From NCBI GenBank assembly GCA_051453625.1, contig JBOZIK010000001.1:16718515-16738514 (forward strand): DNA of 20,000 nt, read 5' to 3'. Origin of the DNA: Welwitschia mirabilis (Eukaryota). The position numbers were made by a program, and so were the translations under genes. Below are positions 1 through 12,110 of the stretch, in pieces. A model generated the notes under the pieces. It searched no databases and was not told the origin of the DNA. It saw nothing but the letters and a program-made list of their open reading frames with translations. How positions within the stretch are numbered: position 1 is the stretch's first letter; each line of letters opens with the position of its first letter.

Positions 1-1326
1 TAATTATATGCCTAAGACTCATGGGGGTAGTAGCATCTTCTGACTGATGTGTCCACTAGGCAACTTAGGAATACCACCAAGGAAGAAGTGAAGTGTTTCA
101 TGCTATCCTTGGCTTTTAAGAGGGATGTTTTATCTAGTTATAGGGATTTACAAGAATCTAGAGAGAGAGCCTTCAATTATTTCAATAGAAATTCTTCTAT
201 ATGTTATGCATTATTATCTCCAATGTCTATAAAAAGGGGTGATATTTGTGTAGGAGGATTTTCCATTCCACAGCTTAAACTTTATCCCACATGTCTAGGA
301 AATATTTAAAGAAGCCATGATTGGAAGGCTCGATAATAGATGTAGCTTCCCTTACAAGTTTGATTTAAGAGTGATAGCATTTAATCCTCTTAGCAGTATT
401 TAAAGGAAATGGTAAGGGGGTGCTATTAAAAATCAAATCATTTCTAATTCTTTAAATATGCTACTAAGTCAAGTGAATCCCATCATTTAAGTAGGTATCA
501 GAAACATTACAGATCTAGTAGGACTTCTTCATTATTATTGTTAATTCTTTACTCTAAGTGCATTAATGAAACAAGTGATGTGTAGTTTGTGTAATTGATC
601 TTTAATGAAAACTCTATGGTGATCTTTTAGCAAATAAAAAAACTTTTATTTTTTTTGAAATTTAACCCTTTTAATAATTCTTGTAGGAGTCATATTTTCC
701 ATATTTCTTTAAAAGGATTTATTTGGGAGAAACTGCATGATAAATGTTTAATTCTAGTAGTTATATTTGAGCTTTACTAAGATGATTCCTCAAGTAGAAC
801 TCTTCCTGATCGATGCTGAAATTTGGATATTTGTAATTGATAAAATTACTCCAAGGTTATTCTCCTTCATTTAGTCCTTTCAGGATCCTATGAGCTTTAG
901 TAATGAGGCAATCCTCTGGTCTCTGAATCCCCCATCCTCCTGATTCTCTTGGATGGACTATTGTCTTTCATTTACAAAGATGAATTCAGTTTTAGTTTTT
1001 ATCTCTAGATCATATGAACTCCTTCAAAATAATATTGATTTTTTGAGTAATACTATTTTGTGGGGGTAATAATGGAAGCTATATATCAAAAAAAAGAGAT
1101 TAGACATGAGTTTTCAAGGATAAACTTTTCTTTAGAAAAGAGAAAATTATTCTACCAGGATTTGAATAATCTTTAAATGGACTCAAGAATGTAATTTTAG
1201 GTGAGGTTCTTATGCTAATTCTAAAGGAGAATTCCCAAGTAAATATTCTCTAGGTCTACTAGTTTAGCGTTCAGGATTTGGATGATTTCACCCCCTCTAA
1301 TACTTGAATTCTTGACTTGTTTCAAT

Positions 1327-1694
1327 TAGTATGAAGATCTGTAGCTACCGCCTAAGGTTCATAGAATTTTTGATATCTTCTGCTTATTTACATGAATCCC
1401 TGATCATAATGATAGTATCATCTATATAGTGATTATTGATAAAGATTTGACCTCCAATTCTAATTCTTGTAATTCTATTTCTTCTTAAAAAACCTATAAA
1501 AAATTCATTTAGTATGAATATCTGTAGATGCCAAAAAAAGATTTATGAAATTCATAATAAATTTTTCTTATTGATATGAAATGTTAGTCATAAGGATGAT
1601 ATCATCTACAAAGTGATTATTGATAAAATTTTGACCTTCAATTCTAATTCCTGTAACTCCATTACTTTTTCAAAATACCTGTAAGACATTCATC
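1327..1694. repeat. Tandem duplication, 2 x ~184 bp, inside the LINE A RT domain
   Basis: tagtatgaagatctgtagctacc (1327) vs tagtatgaatatctgtagatgcc (1510). atcatctatatagtgattattgataaagatttgacctccaattctaattcttgtaa (1417) vs atcatctacaaagtgattattgataaaattttgaccttcaattctaattcctgtaa (1601). Offset is a constant 183-184. Confidence 0.9.
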
Positions 1695-2895
1695 ACAAAG
1701 AATAAAATATATGGAGATAAAGGATTCTTATATCTTAATCATCAACATATTGAAAAAAATTTTGACCTATTATTATTAATCTCCATACTAAATTTGGATG
1801 ATGCTTGCATATCTAGCCAAAGATTAATGATGTCTTGATGAAAACTAGTTTTTTTAATGGATATTTCCTTATGCTTATCAACTGAGTAAACTGTAAGCTT
1901 TGGCATTATTCAATTTAGTAGTAAAAAGAGGAAATTTATGTTTTTTAATAGAATGAATGATCTAATGAGTCAAGAGGATTTGGGCTTAGATATACCTGAA
2001 TCAGATAAAGCGAACTTGATTCTCTGAAATTACCTTAGGTAGCAGGAGGATAATATAGCAAACCATGATTTTTGTGAAGATCCTATAAAGAACATTATAG
2101 ATACCTAAAGGTTTAAAGTTCTCTAGTTTGTTAGCATTCCTCTTTCTAGGGATAAGGACCACCCTAGTTCTATTTATTTCCCTATAAATTTTCTTATTAT
2201 AAGAAACATCCTACATAACATCCTAAATATTATTCCTCAATATGAAAAAGTAAGATTTAAAAAGTTCAACTGGCCACCCATTAAAACTAAGATCTCTATT
2301 GTTCTTTATAGACCTCATAGAAACTATGATTTTATCTCTACTTAAGGGTTTAATAAGTAGGAAGTTGACCTCCTTAGAAATTCTCTCATTCTCTTAAATG
2401 ATATGGGAGATGATATCGTCCCACTCCCAAATTCTTATAATATGGATTTATATTTTCTTAGCTATGTCTGATTCATTTTTTATTATTTGGCCTCTAATGG
2501 TAAGCCTTATAATTCTATTGCCTGATCTGTTTTGATTGGCTTACTGAGAGAAAAATCTTATATGCTTATCTCCCTCTTTAAGCTATTTTATCCATGAATG
2601 TTCTCTTCAATAATTTCCCTCATTATCATTTATTTCTTGAAGTTCCAATAGGCATTGATATTTAGTATTACAAAGGCTATCTTGGTCTTCTTTCTTCTCC
2701 TTCTCAATTTGGATTCTTTGAATTTCTTCCTTAAGTTTTTCTTTAGACTCGAACCTTTGTTTATCTTTCCTTCTCTAATCCTTTATGTGGGCTTTTAAGG
2801 TATTGAGACCTCTGTAAAGAAAAGTTATTGATTGTATTCCATTATACTGGGCTTATATTTTTTCCATTAATATTTGAGTTTTTATCTAGTTAATC

Positions 2896-2905
2896 NNNNN
2901 NNNNN
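2896..2905. other. Assembly gap (10 N)
   Basis: N run. LINE motifs are colinear on both sides, so the true gap is probably small. Confidence 0.99.
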
Positions 2906-3599
2906 AAACAAGATTCTTTGGAACATAATCGCCTCCACTCTAAGTTGAATAGGATAGTAATCCAAAGCTATCCTATTCAGGCCATGGGCTTTAATTGGGA
3001 GCTTAAATAAATCCTTACTAGCAAGGATTCTATCGATTTTGGACATGATAAAATTGTTGTCTATTTTTTTATTAGGTTATTTATACTTACATGTAGTAAT
3101 ATGTTCATCTATAAGAGTATTCCATGTCAAAAAGATCTTTAAGGAATGAAGCTCTTCTGGAATTCTAGTTATTACACTCTAATTTTTTTTGACAGTGTAT
3201 ACATTAATTAAAATCCCCCACAATGAGCCATTTATATTTATCTATAACTATTCACTATAATTCCTCTAAGATAGAGGATTTATCTTGATATTTTAAGGAC
3301 ATAAATATTTGTTATAATCTAACCCTCTTCCTTAAGGAAAATTTTAATGTGATTCTTACCACTATTAATTAGATCTACCTCCTTTTTGTTGGAGTTCAAA
3401 AGGCCTCCTAAATTACCTTAGGCTGCATAGGTAAAGGAATTCATTGCTGCCCTAAATGCACTATTTTCATACCAATTTTTTATTTTTATTTCTTATAAAA
3501 AACGAAATCAATATTAAACTAAGTAATAAGATTTCTTAGGATTTTTGCCTTATAGGAGAATCATAATCCCCTATAATTCCATGAAAGATAGTTTATTGG

Positions 3600-4690
3600 A
3601 GGTGTTTTCATCTCTTTCTAGGTGCTTAACCTTTTTTGAGAGTATCTTTAATGGTATCTTGGGACTAATTAGCCACATTCTCTATCATTTTCCTTTCTCT
3701 AAGGATTATATTACTTAACCTTCCCTTTGTTTGAGTTTCCATATCATTAGGTTTATTAGTATTTGGTGGTTGTTAGGGATTTTCTTCTTTCATAAGAGGT
3801 TGAAAGGAATTGTATTTCATTTCCTATACCTTATTATCCTTGTTGTTATTGGTTTCTTTAGAGAAAATAGTAGTACTTTTAACTGAGTTTTCCTTCCTTT
3901 GCTTATTCTAACATATGCTATAATTATATCTAATCTTTTCACAAAATGTATAGGTTTCCTTTTTCTTTTCTTTAATGTTAACTAACCATTTTCTACATAG
4001 TGAGATCATCTCTTTTTAGAAGAAACTCATCTCCCTGAAATGTACTCTAATTTTCTAAAAACATTACATGTGACCGAAAGGTTCTCATAAGTAACCTTAA
4101 GTTCACAGATATCTCATTTAAATCTGAATTTTACAAATTGAATCTTCTTTATGTCCTCTAAACTCATTCATATACAAAATTTGATTAGAACTAGTCTCAT
4201 TTATTTTATGATAATCCTATCCATCTTGATCAATTTACAAACCTAAGAAATAATTTTCCTTAAAAAATCTTCATCCCAAAACTCTAATGAGAACTTGTGG
4301 ATCTGGATCTAGATGGATAACCTCATAAATAGGTTTAGGTTTGATTACATCTAGAGTGTCTATTTAGCTAGGGAAAGACCCCATACCCTAAAGAACCAAG
4401 GTTCTCTCGCAATTATTTTATCCCAATCTCATTCTCTGTCCAACTGGAAAAGCACCAACCCTTCTACCATAGTAGTAACATTAACTTTATTAACTCAAAT
4501 CTATTTATTTGTCATCTATTCTTGAATCCAATATAGCTTTGGTCTTGGGCCAGATGAAATGGACTTTCTGATTAAACTATAATAAACTGTCTTCTCAATT
4601 TCATAATAAGAACCTTCATCGATGTCCAAAAATAGAGATTTTCCTTTCCTAAAGAAATGAGTCTTCTCCATGTTAGGGCCAAACCATTGA
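3600..4690 (-). pseudogene. LINE A ORF1 remnant (DUF4283/RRM-like region plus degenerate CX2CX4HX4C zinc knuckle)
   Basis: Minus strand: SLIRKS...RPKLYWIQE*MTNK*, MVEGLVLFQLD, EPWFFRVWGLSLAK* (EPWFF 4404-4390; GPWxF motif), SI*IQIHKFSLEFWDEDFLRKI (PVWVRLxxLPLExW-like), YENLSVTCNVFRKLEYISGR* (4089-4027; YExLPxxCxxCxxxGHxxxxC-like). Lies directly upstream of ORF2. Confidence 0.85.
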
Positions 4691-4700
4691 AGAAAACTCT

Positions 4701-4722
4701 AAAAAAAAAAAAAAAAAAAAAA
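4701..4722 (+). repeat. Perfect A22 homopolymer between the two LINEs
   Basis: 22 consecutive A bases. Confidence 0.98.
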
Positions 4723-4859
4723 CAAAGCCAATATTTTAAAATATTATACAACTTATCCAAAGAAAGACTATCTAATGGCCAAAATTTCCCCTGTACTCTG
4801 TGATTAGGAACTAAAACCACCCCCATCAATCTATGACATTCCAAGTCTCACTTCCTCCT

Positions 4860-7800
4860 ATGCTCTAGATCTATAGAATACTAGTAGATCTCTAATAACA
4901 CTTCACCAATAATGTTTGATAGAAGTGCTGTAGGCATTTTTTCCTCTAGGACTTTTCTACATTTATATTTTATGCCACTTTAAGAAATTAAAATCATAAC
5001 CTCAAATTTTAATTTTCCTCCTATGGACTACTACATAATTCTAAGATTTTACTATTTTTCATCCTAAAGGATAGGGAGAGGCTATCATTTTGGTTTATTT
5101 TCATTGAAATTCACAAATTTATTCTTATAATTTAAATCCTTAATAATAGTCCTATTGGGTTGTTATTTCTTCTTTCAGAGTGTACTTATTATTTTCCAAT
5201 ATATGCTTCCAATAATATGCATAAATAATTTCAATCTGTAGATATTTAATAAGTATATTACCGTTTATTCCTTTTTCTTTTTAAGGATATTTTAATATGA
5301 TTAATTCATCTTGTGATTTTCTTGAATTAGATGCTTGGTTTTAACTCAAAAATTTTTTTTGCCTTTTACATGTGATGTTTTACTTCTTATAAATAATAAT
5401 AGATTATTTTACTTAAAGAAAGCTTCATCAAGATACTTAACAAACCTATAAGCATATAAATATATTTTATTACTTTACTCTTTTATTCTAGGATTTACAC
5501 TATTTCATCAAGGTTTTAAATATGGTAATTTTATTAGATCATTTTTTTATTAATATGTCTATGAAGTTTTATATTTCTTCTCTAAGAGATCATTGCCATT
5601 TATTTTTTTCTTTGTACCTCTTATCATAAGCTCCATATTAAAAGACAAATTCTTCATAGTTTTTGGAATGCAGAGAATGGACCTCTAAACTAATTAGATG
5701 GATTAATTAATGGCATCATACTTTGGGTAGAGTTCAAAATTATGCTCATTTTTTTTATAACAAATAATGAGGTAAGGAAAATATTACTTTCATTCTATTA
5801 GCTAGAAAGTTTCATATTTAAATAATTAGCTTGTTAGTAATCCTTTTAACATTTCATTGTATGATTGCTGAAGTTAATGTGGCTCAATAAAAATAAAAAT
5901 CCTTGTAGGAAAAACATTTTCTTATTAAAATTAGACTTTGATGGTTATAGACTCAAGAGAAAACTCCAAATAATTTTTTAAATTTTTAAATTTATTTAAT
6001 GACAAAATTAAAATTACTAATTTATAGGATTATTATTAACTTCTTCACAATTATAGTGACATCATTAATATTTTAAAGAGATTTTTAAAATATTATTTGA
6101 ATTAATCCTAATTAATATAAACAAGATTTAGCATGTTTCTTCATTTCTTTTCCTAGTTCTTACTAAAGAAATCTATTAAATGCTAGATGTTAAATTGATC
6201 TTAAAGAGATCAAAGACACTTGTTTTAATATGACTAATTGGAAATCTCCTTTCTTTTATGGTTTTCTTATGGGGTCTTTTAAATATAGCTAGGATTTAAT
6301 AGGTTATGATTATCTTAATGTTGTAAGAAAGAACATATCTCAAGATTCACTTGGGAATCATATTAATAAAAGAGTTATTCCTCTTTTTTTCCTAAACATA
6401 GGGATTCTTTTTTTATTAATAATTAATAATATAGCATTCTATTAAATACTTTTTATAAGATTTGGGTAAAGCGATTATCTTAAATGCTTAAAACAAATTC
6501 TTTTAGTTATTGTCACAGAGCAAAAAATGGATTTTTTTCTACGTAGGTATATTCTTTTAGATGTTTTGATAACTTGGAAAGAACATCAATGGGAACTTGA
6601 TTCTAATCAAGATGTGGCCTTTATTAAATTTTATTATTCTAAATAATATGATAAAATTAAATGAGATTTTATTTTTAATTTTATGAAAATTTTAAGTTTT
6701 GGATCTCAATTCCTTTATATAATATAGTATTTCTTTGTTGTTGCAAATTCCTTTATTACTACTTCTTAGGATGTGAGTTCTTCCTTTTTCTATTCATAGC
6801 TTTATTAGATAAGGTTGTCCTTTGGCTTCTTATCTTTTTATCATTTTTGCTAATTTTCTTTGTCAATCTCTTCAACATAATATGCAAGAAGGCTTGGTAA
6901 GGGGAATTTCATTAGAAGACATGATGTAGCAATTATTCAATTTTTATTTTATTAGTGATTCTTTTTTATAATGGAAAATGATAAATACTCCATTACTTAG
7001 CCTTTTAGTCATATTTAATAGTATTACCATTTCTCAAGAAGTGGAATTAATTGGCAAAATCTTCACTTTATATGAAAAGTATTACTTACTAGTATTTTCC
7101 ACCTTAGAGTGGGCAAATTTTATAAGAAATAGAAAAATTTAAACTTTTGAATATCCCTTTCTCCTTTAATAGTTCTTCTCATAAGATATGGGATTAAACA
7201 TTTTAAATAATCAAAGTTAAGTAAAAAATAAAGGATAAAACATCTTTCTCTTATAGGTTGGTATTTAGTTTATAAATCTAATATTTTATCTGTTCATCTT
7301 TACTATTCTTATTATTAAGATCCTTTAAGAACTACTTATGGTAATCTTGAAAGTTACTTGAAATATTTATTTGGTCTTATGAAGAAGGTAAAAAAGCTTT
7401 TCATAGAGTTGATTAGAATATTATTTCCTTACCAAAACAAAAGAGTGGTTTAGGTTTCATTAATCTATATTATTAAGAATATAGTTTAGCTACTAAATGG
7501 ATTCTTTAAATCTTTGTTTCTAATTACTTAATTTCCACACTATTATTCCTTAATAAGAATTCATTTCCTAAGAACCATTGAATATGTTATAATATTCATC
7601 CAGTTAATTGGTTATTTACTTCATATTAGATTAGCATTCAAGGTACACATGTTTTTAGAAGTATTCAAAAGGCATGATAAAGATTTCATTCTTTTGTTTT
7701 TTGGGAATGTATGAAAACTTTTATAGGTTTCTTTAATATATTATTTCTTAGTGGTTACTGCTTCCTTATCCTTTAGCAATTATAAATTACAAGCTAGCTA

Positions 7801-8866
7801 CAAGATGGTTTAATAAATTTTTAATGTCTTTGTAAAATTTTTAGGTTTTAAATAATTAGATTTGCTTATTGGATTTTCAGTATACATATGGGAACCATCT
7901 TGGCCTTTGATAAGATTTTACTAAATTTCAAAAAAAATTTCTTCATGTTTATCATATTTTAAGTAATGGCGTTTACATATAAACTATCTATATTGAATAG
8001 ATTATAGACCTATTCATCTATATTCACTAGTCAAAAGCTATACCTTTCTATTGAATGCTATCAATGTAGGAACTATTCATAACCATAGATCACAAATGTA
8101 ACATCCATCCTCTCTTTTAATTTTTGCTTTAAAAGTATTTTGAAAGCTTCCATATCTTTTTAAGATTAATCACTTTCATTGGTATCTAATTTTTTAAGGC
8201 CTTCCTATTGGTAATCACCTACAACATTTGGGACTTTTAGATCTACATTCTCTAATATTCACTTAATAGGATTATTTTTTAATGTATTTTTTTATTATTT
8301 ATTTATAAGAAATAATTGTACTAGGATTTTCTTATTCTTCCTTACGTTTCCATGGGTTTTGAGATCATTCTTTTAGGAACCAGTTTGAATTTTAGCCAAG
8401 CTCAGCTTTTTCTATGGAATGTTATTAAACCATACATTCTTTATTTCATAATAAATAGAATACATAATTTAACTTTAGAAAACCAAATGTTTTCACTTTT
8501 TTTTTCCTGAATTTATAGAAAAATGTATTATTTCTTAACTACTATATCTCCATGATAATGTTCATCTAGTGAAGGAGAAATTATAAGTGATCTCTCTGAT
8601 ACAATTACTCATATTTTGATTTTTTCCAAATTATAGTTGGCATAGTTTTGCCTTATTTAGTTTTCATTTTTTATTTTTTTCCTTTCATAGTAATTTTCCT
8701 TTTATGTTCCTATAGCTTAGCTACTAGATCTTGTACATTTTTAGTTATTGGCTACTTCTTACCCTTTAGTACTATAAAATTAGTTCTTCTAATAGTAATA
8801 AAATCCTTTTTTGGGTTATGATGTCCCTTTTAAACATTTTTTACTTTTACAATATTTATTTAAAAA
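4860..8866 (+). mobile_element. Degenerate L1/Tx1-like LINE (LINE B): ORF2 (endonuclease - RT - zf-RVT) plus probable 3' UTR; no ORF1 recognised
   Basis: Plus-strand translations: L*EIK (4978-4992; LQETK), IYASNN (~5199-5216), GYFNMI (5285; GDFN), YSRI (~5484), RDHC (~5585; SDH), WLNKNKNP (~5880), KSPFFYGFLMGSFK (6242-6283; KSPGPDGFxxEFFK), LLNTFYKIWVK (~6438), RYILLDVLITWKEHQWELDSNQDVAFIKFYYSK*YDKIK*DF (~6545-6670; KxDxxKAYDxIxWxF), IR*GCPLASYLF (6804-6839; IRQGCPLAPYLF), FISD (6948-6959; FADD), KLLNIPF (7141), KHLSLIG (~7238), FHRVD*NIISLPKQKSGLG (~7399-7455), LATKWI (~7486), zf-RVT-like segment ~8140-8290. The 3' end at atttatttaaaaa (8866) is tentative. Confidence 0.92.
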
Positions 8867-8889
8867 CTTCCCCTTACCTACTACGTATT

Positions 8890-10500
8890 ATTTACATGCT
8901 CCTTGTAAAATAATAATATTCTCTTTACTTTTAATCTAGGTCCGTCATATTATGATAATAATCCTTTTAGAAGTTTTATAATTTCATATCATTAAATTAA
9001 CTTTTATCACTATATGTTACTTTGAATTTATTATTTCATATTTTCACTTCACATTGGATTTTGTAAGACTCACCATTCTATAGGATATAAATAATACTAA
9101 TAGATGTAATAATGGAATCATTCTTCTTAGGATCGATGCCTTCAATGAAAATTTAATTAGCTTAGCATGATGTGCATTGTAAATAATAAATATCAATCCT
9201 TTTTAGTATACTTTTTTTAATTATTTAGATTAAAGATTGACTAGTAAAACTTAAATGCTAAAGATATTAATTATAACATAAAAATAATTAATTTTCCAAA
9301 TTTGGGGGTCTAAAATTATAAAAATTAAAGTTTAATTAAAAAATATAGTGATTTTTTCTTTTGATTTATTTTATTCATTACTCTTATTAGATTTCTAAAT
9401 TCATTACTTTTAGACATAATTCAATTAGTAGACCTTATGTTATGATATGAAGTATGATTTAATTCCTAATAGAGATTTGATATTAAATAATTTTAAAATT
9501 TTATTTATAAAGATTATGCCAAAACTAAATTAATACAACATAAAATTAACTGAATACTAAAGTTAGTTAGGTTAGTGTTAATAAAATTTTCCAATAATTA
9601 TATTGATTAAGTAAGATTTTTCTATTTCCTTTGAAAATAGTATGAGATTGAAACTTTTAAGTTCAAAAATGCATATGTCTCTAAATTATATTTTAATCAT
9701 TGAAGTTTAATTTTTAACTATTAAAATAACTGACCTATTAAATTTATAAGGTTTTAAAATTAGAGATAATTTTATAATTAAAATTAATTTATTTTTAATT
9801 TTTTAATTAAATTTATATAATTTATGCTTTTTTCAAGATATATCCTTTAAGATAAGCATAAATACTAAGATAGACTCTCCTAATCAAAGTTTGCCATATT
9901 TTTTAATGTTGTAAAAAATCCAAAATCATATGTTAAAATAAAATTATATCTTAAAAAAGTACTTCAAACCATTCAAAATTTATTAATATATAAAAACTAA
10001 TAAGTTATTATGATGTATAAAAAGAACGAAAGGCATAAATATAAAGATAAGATGTCCACTAATAAAAACATGGCCTTAATGGATACTTATTAGAAGAAGT
10101 TTCTTACTTGAACATAAAAATCTTTTAAAAGATTCTTTCTTCTTCTAACATCTTATTTATCCTTTCAAATTGTATTTGTTACACTTAGTTATTAATCATA
10201 TTTTTCTTAAATAATCTTTAACCAAAATTTTTTAATTCTGGAAATCATGTATAAATCTTCTATATTCTCTTAAGAAGAGAAAACATTCTAAAGAATCCAT
10301 CTCTTTTAGTTTTATTCAAGATTAATAGTGATATTGTAACAATGCCTCCTAAATAAGAACTTAACATTATAGAATATACATTTTTTCTAAGAATAATGTT
10401 GTTTAAAATATTTACTAGAATTAGTCATAAAATAATGGAAGAATATGAGAATAAAAATAACTATGAGTATTGGATGAACTTCTTTATATTTTAGCTAATA
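8890..10500 (-). mobile_element. Highly decayed Ty3/gypsy pol fragment (RT C-terminus - RNase H - integrase with GPY/F module)
   Basis: Minus strand, in gypsy order: KCIFYNVK..YLGGIVT (~10383-10335; KCxF...YLGHIVS), LECFLFLREYRRFIHDF (YRRFIHDF at 10264-10241), FERINKML...KDFYVQV (~10170-10103), YAFRS (~10040-10023; YASR), YNAHH..KFS (~9181-9146), FKV (~9026), KLLKGLLS*YDGPRLKVKRI...YK (~8976-8903; KGLxxxYxGPFxxxKRxGxxAYK). Linking the motifs needs frameshifts and deletions. Confidence 0.68.
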
Positions 10501-10824
10501 ACTAAAATTTTATTTATGTACAAATGCAAACTTTTGCTCTTGCTAAAACATCATAATATTGTAATCTTTATTACCTTTTTTCCAATATATCTATTTATAC
10601 ATATAATTATTTTTTCTATGTCAATTAATCTTATTTATACTATATTACATTTTTGCATTATCTATTAATGAGTAACTAGATCGTAGTTAATAATAGTAAT
10701 ACTTATATGTATTTATCACTAAATCATGAAAACTTCTAGGGTTAGAATAAGAATAAAATAATAAATAAACTCAAATTTAGGCTGATATCAAATCTATAAA
10801 AGTAAAATACAAAAATTATCTTAT

Positions 10825-11084
10825 GGTGATCAACTAGAAACTTTCAAGTGATTGACCAAGAAATTTGAAAAATTAAATTACAAAATTTAATCATCTACTA
10901 ATAGAAATTCTAAAAATTAACTAAAAATTATTAAATATATAAATAGAAACTTTCATTCAATTAATTGAAAACTTTAAAGTGGTTGAGTCTATTAACATAA
11001 TTTTCCAAAAAGTGACTATAAACTACTAAGTACATAACTAAAAAAGTATGGGTAATTAATCATAAAGTTTTAGGTAATTAACCA
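10825..11084. repeat. Degenerate ~21-bp minisatellite (consensus approximately GGTGATCRACYAGAAACTTTC)
   Basis: ggtgatcaactagaaactttc (10825), aagtgattgaccaagaaattt, caattaattgaaaactttaaagtggttga, ggtaattaatcataaagtttt, aggtaattaacca. Confidence 0.6.
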
Positions 11085-11085
11085 T

Positions 11086-12110
11086 TGTTAAGAGGCCAAA
11101 TTGATGATATCTAATATTGTTTATAAAGTGTGTTTCAGGATCATTTAGTAGGATTTTACTAAAATAATAAAAAATGCTAACTTACTATGAATGATCATAA
11201 AAAGGACATAGTCTTTGACCATTTTTAATCATTCCCAAATGCTTTTTTAAGCATGATCCATCATGATCACATTGGTAGCTCTTTAATAAACAAGTAATAA
11301 AATAATAATAAGGTTTGACAACATGGCAAGTTCTCAAGTCAAAATCTTCACATTAATTACTAGAGTCAATATAACTATTGGGAATTCCTTAGATATATTT
11401 TGGATGTATGGGAGCTACCATATTACTCTAATGATAAAATGAGGCCTATTTAAGAATTAGATGATGGAATTTGAAGTATCATCTATTTACTAATCATTCA
11501 GATGAAGTCAGGAGATGATGATAAGATATAAATAGAGTAACATGGTAAAGTATTAATGGACTATTAGATAAAGATAGTCAGATAATACCTCCTCCTATTT
11601 CATCTAGATGAGGTCTAAATGAACTATGATTTGTAATTAATTAATAATAATCTATAACTAATGATTTATATTCAATGATATATAACCAATTAATAATCAT
11701 TCTATTTATTACTAAATTTATAATGTAACTACCTTACTTTGATTCTCAGCATTTATAAATCATAACATTAATCAATTTGTTATTAAATTATTATTGTAAT
11801 GGCTTTCCTTTTATTACCATCATTTAGCAATATTAAATGTTAATTCAACCTTATAAGTACTACCTAGGAATCTCATTTCATCCTCTTATTTACATCAAAG
11901 TAGCTTGTGACATTGGAGAATTTTGGGCAAGGGATTCATCCACTTGTGAAAAACATTCTCCTTAGTGGCAAGCTATGTTTCCTATGTATTTGAAGTGTAA
12001 TTGGTAATAAAATCAAGTATTCTTATTCTTACCCTCTATCTTTTTTATCATCATTATATTTTATGTTAATGTTAATTTAATACTATTATAGATTAAATTG
12101 AATATTGCTA
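11086..12110 (+). mobile_element. Putative 5' LTR (~1 kb) of the downstream gag-bearing element
   Basis: Starts TGTTA exactly where the minisatellite stops. Has a TATA-like tataagta (~11852) followed by a pyrimidine-rich tract and ends at a PBS-like sequence (~12098-12124) about 1 kb upstream of gag. No second LTR copy is available to confirm it. Confidence 0.4.

Larger units (their letters stand above)
150..3596 (-). pseudogene. LINE A ORF2 remnant (APE endonuclease - reverse transcriptase - zf-RVT)
   Basis: Minus-strand translations: INYLSWNYRGL (~3596-3564; SWNxRGL), WLIVGDFN (3230-3207), MSKIDRILA (~3047-3020), *LKEGDKHIRFF (~2585-2550), NGWPVELFK (~2283-2257), VVLIPRK..NFKPLGIYNVLYRIFTK (~2160-2070), KLNNAKAY (1916-1893; KLDxxKAY), LRYKNPLSPY (1738-1709; LRQGDPLSPY), FVDD (1612-1601) and YIDD (1428-1417), YLGILL (~1240-1223), HPRESGGWGI (~956-927), KKIKVFL and HHLFH*C (~660-560; zf-RVT), *HI*RIRNDLIFN (~465-427). 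The low-coordinate boundary is approximate. Confidence 0.93.
1..4700 (-). mobile_element. Degenerate near full-length L1-clade LINE retrotransposon (LINE A); 3' end probably beyond the window start
   Basis: Colinear ORF1 (DUF4283, zinc knuckle) and ORF2 (APE endonuclease, RT, zf-RVT) motifs on the minus strand in canonical plant L1 order. Many stops and frameshifts. No tail or TSD is visible. Confidence 0.93.

Noticed and set aside
49..309. 86-aa plus-strand ORF
   Set aside because: Antisense to the 3' part of LINE A ORF2 with no recognisable domain. A chance ORF.
4701..4722. A22 as the poly(A) tail of LINE A or LINE B
   Set aside because: It lies at the 5' ends of both elements.
4572..4844. 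90-aa minus-strand ORF with poly-Phe
   Set aside because: The poly-Phe is just the A22 tract. The LINE ORF1 similarity in this area is in a different frame.
1..8866. Alternative genetic code or stop-codon readthrough explaining stops at conserved Trp/Gln sites
   Set aside because: The stops come with frameshifts and lost catalytic residues (FADD to FISD, GDFN to GYFN), which fits pseudogene decay by deamination.
9062..9085. tgtaagactc as an LTR start
   Set aside because: No adjacent PBS or PPT, and it falls inside the minus-strand integrase remnant.
10119..10134. 16-bp palindrome aatcttttaaaagatt and similar short hairpins
   Set aside because: Low-complexity AT-rich sequence inside TE remnants with no supporting context.
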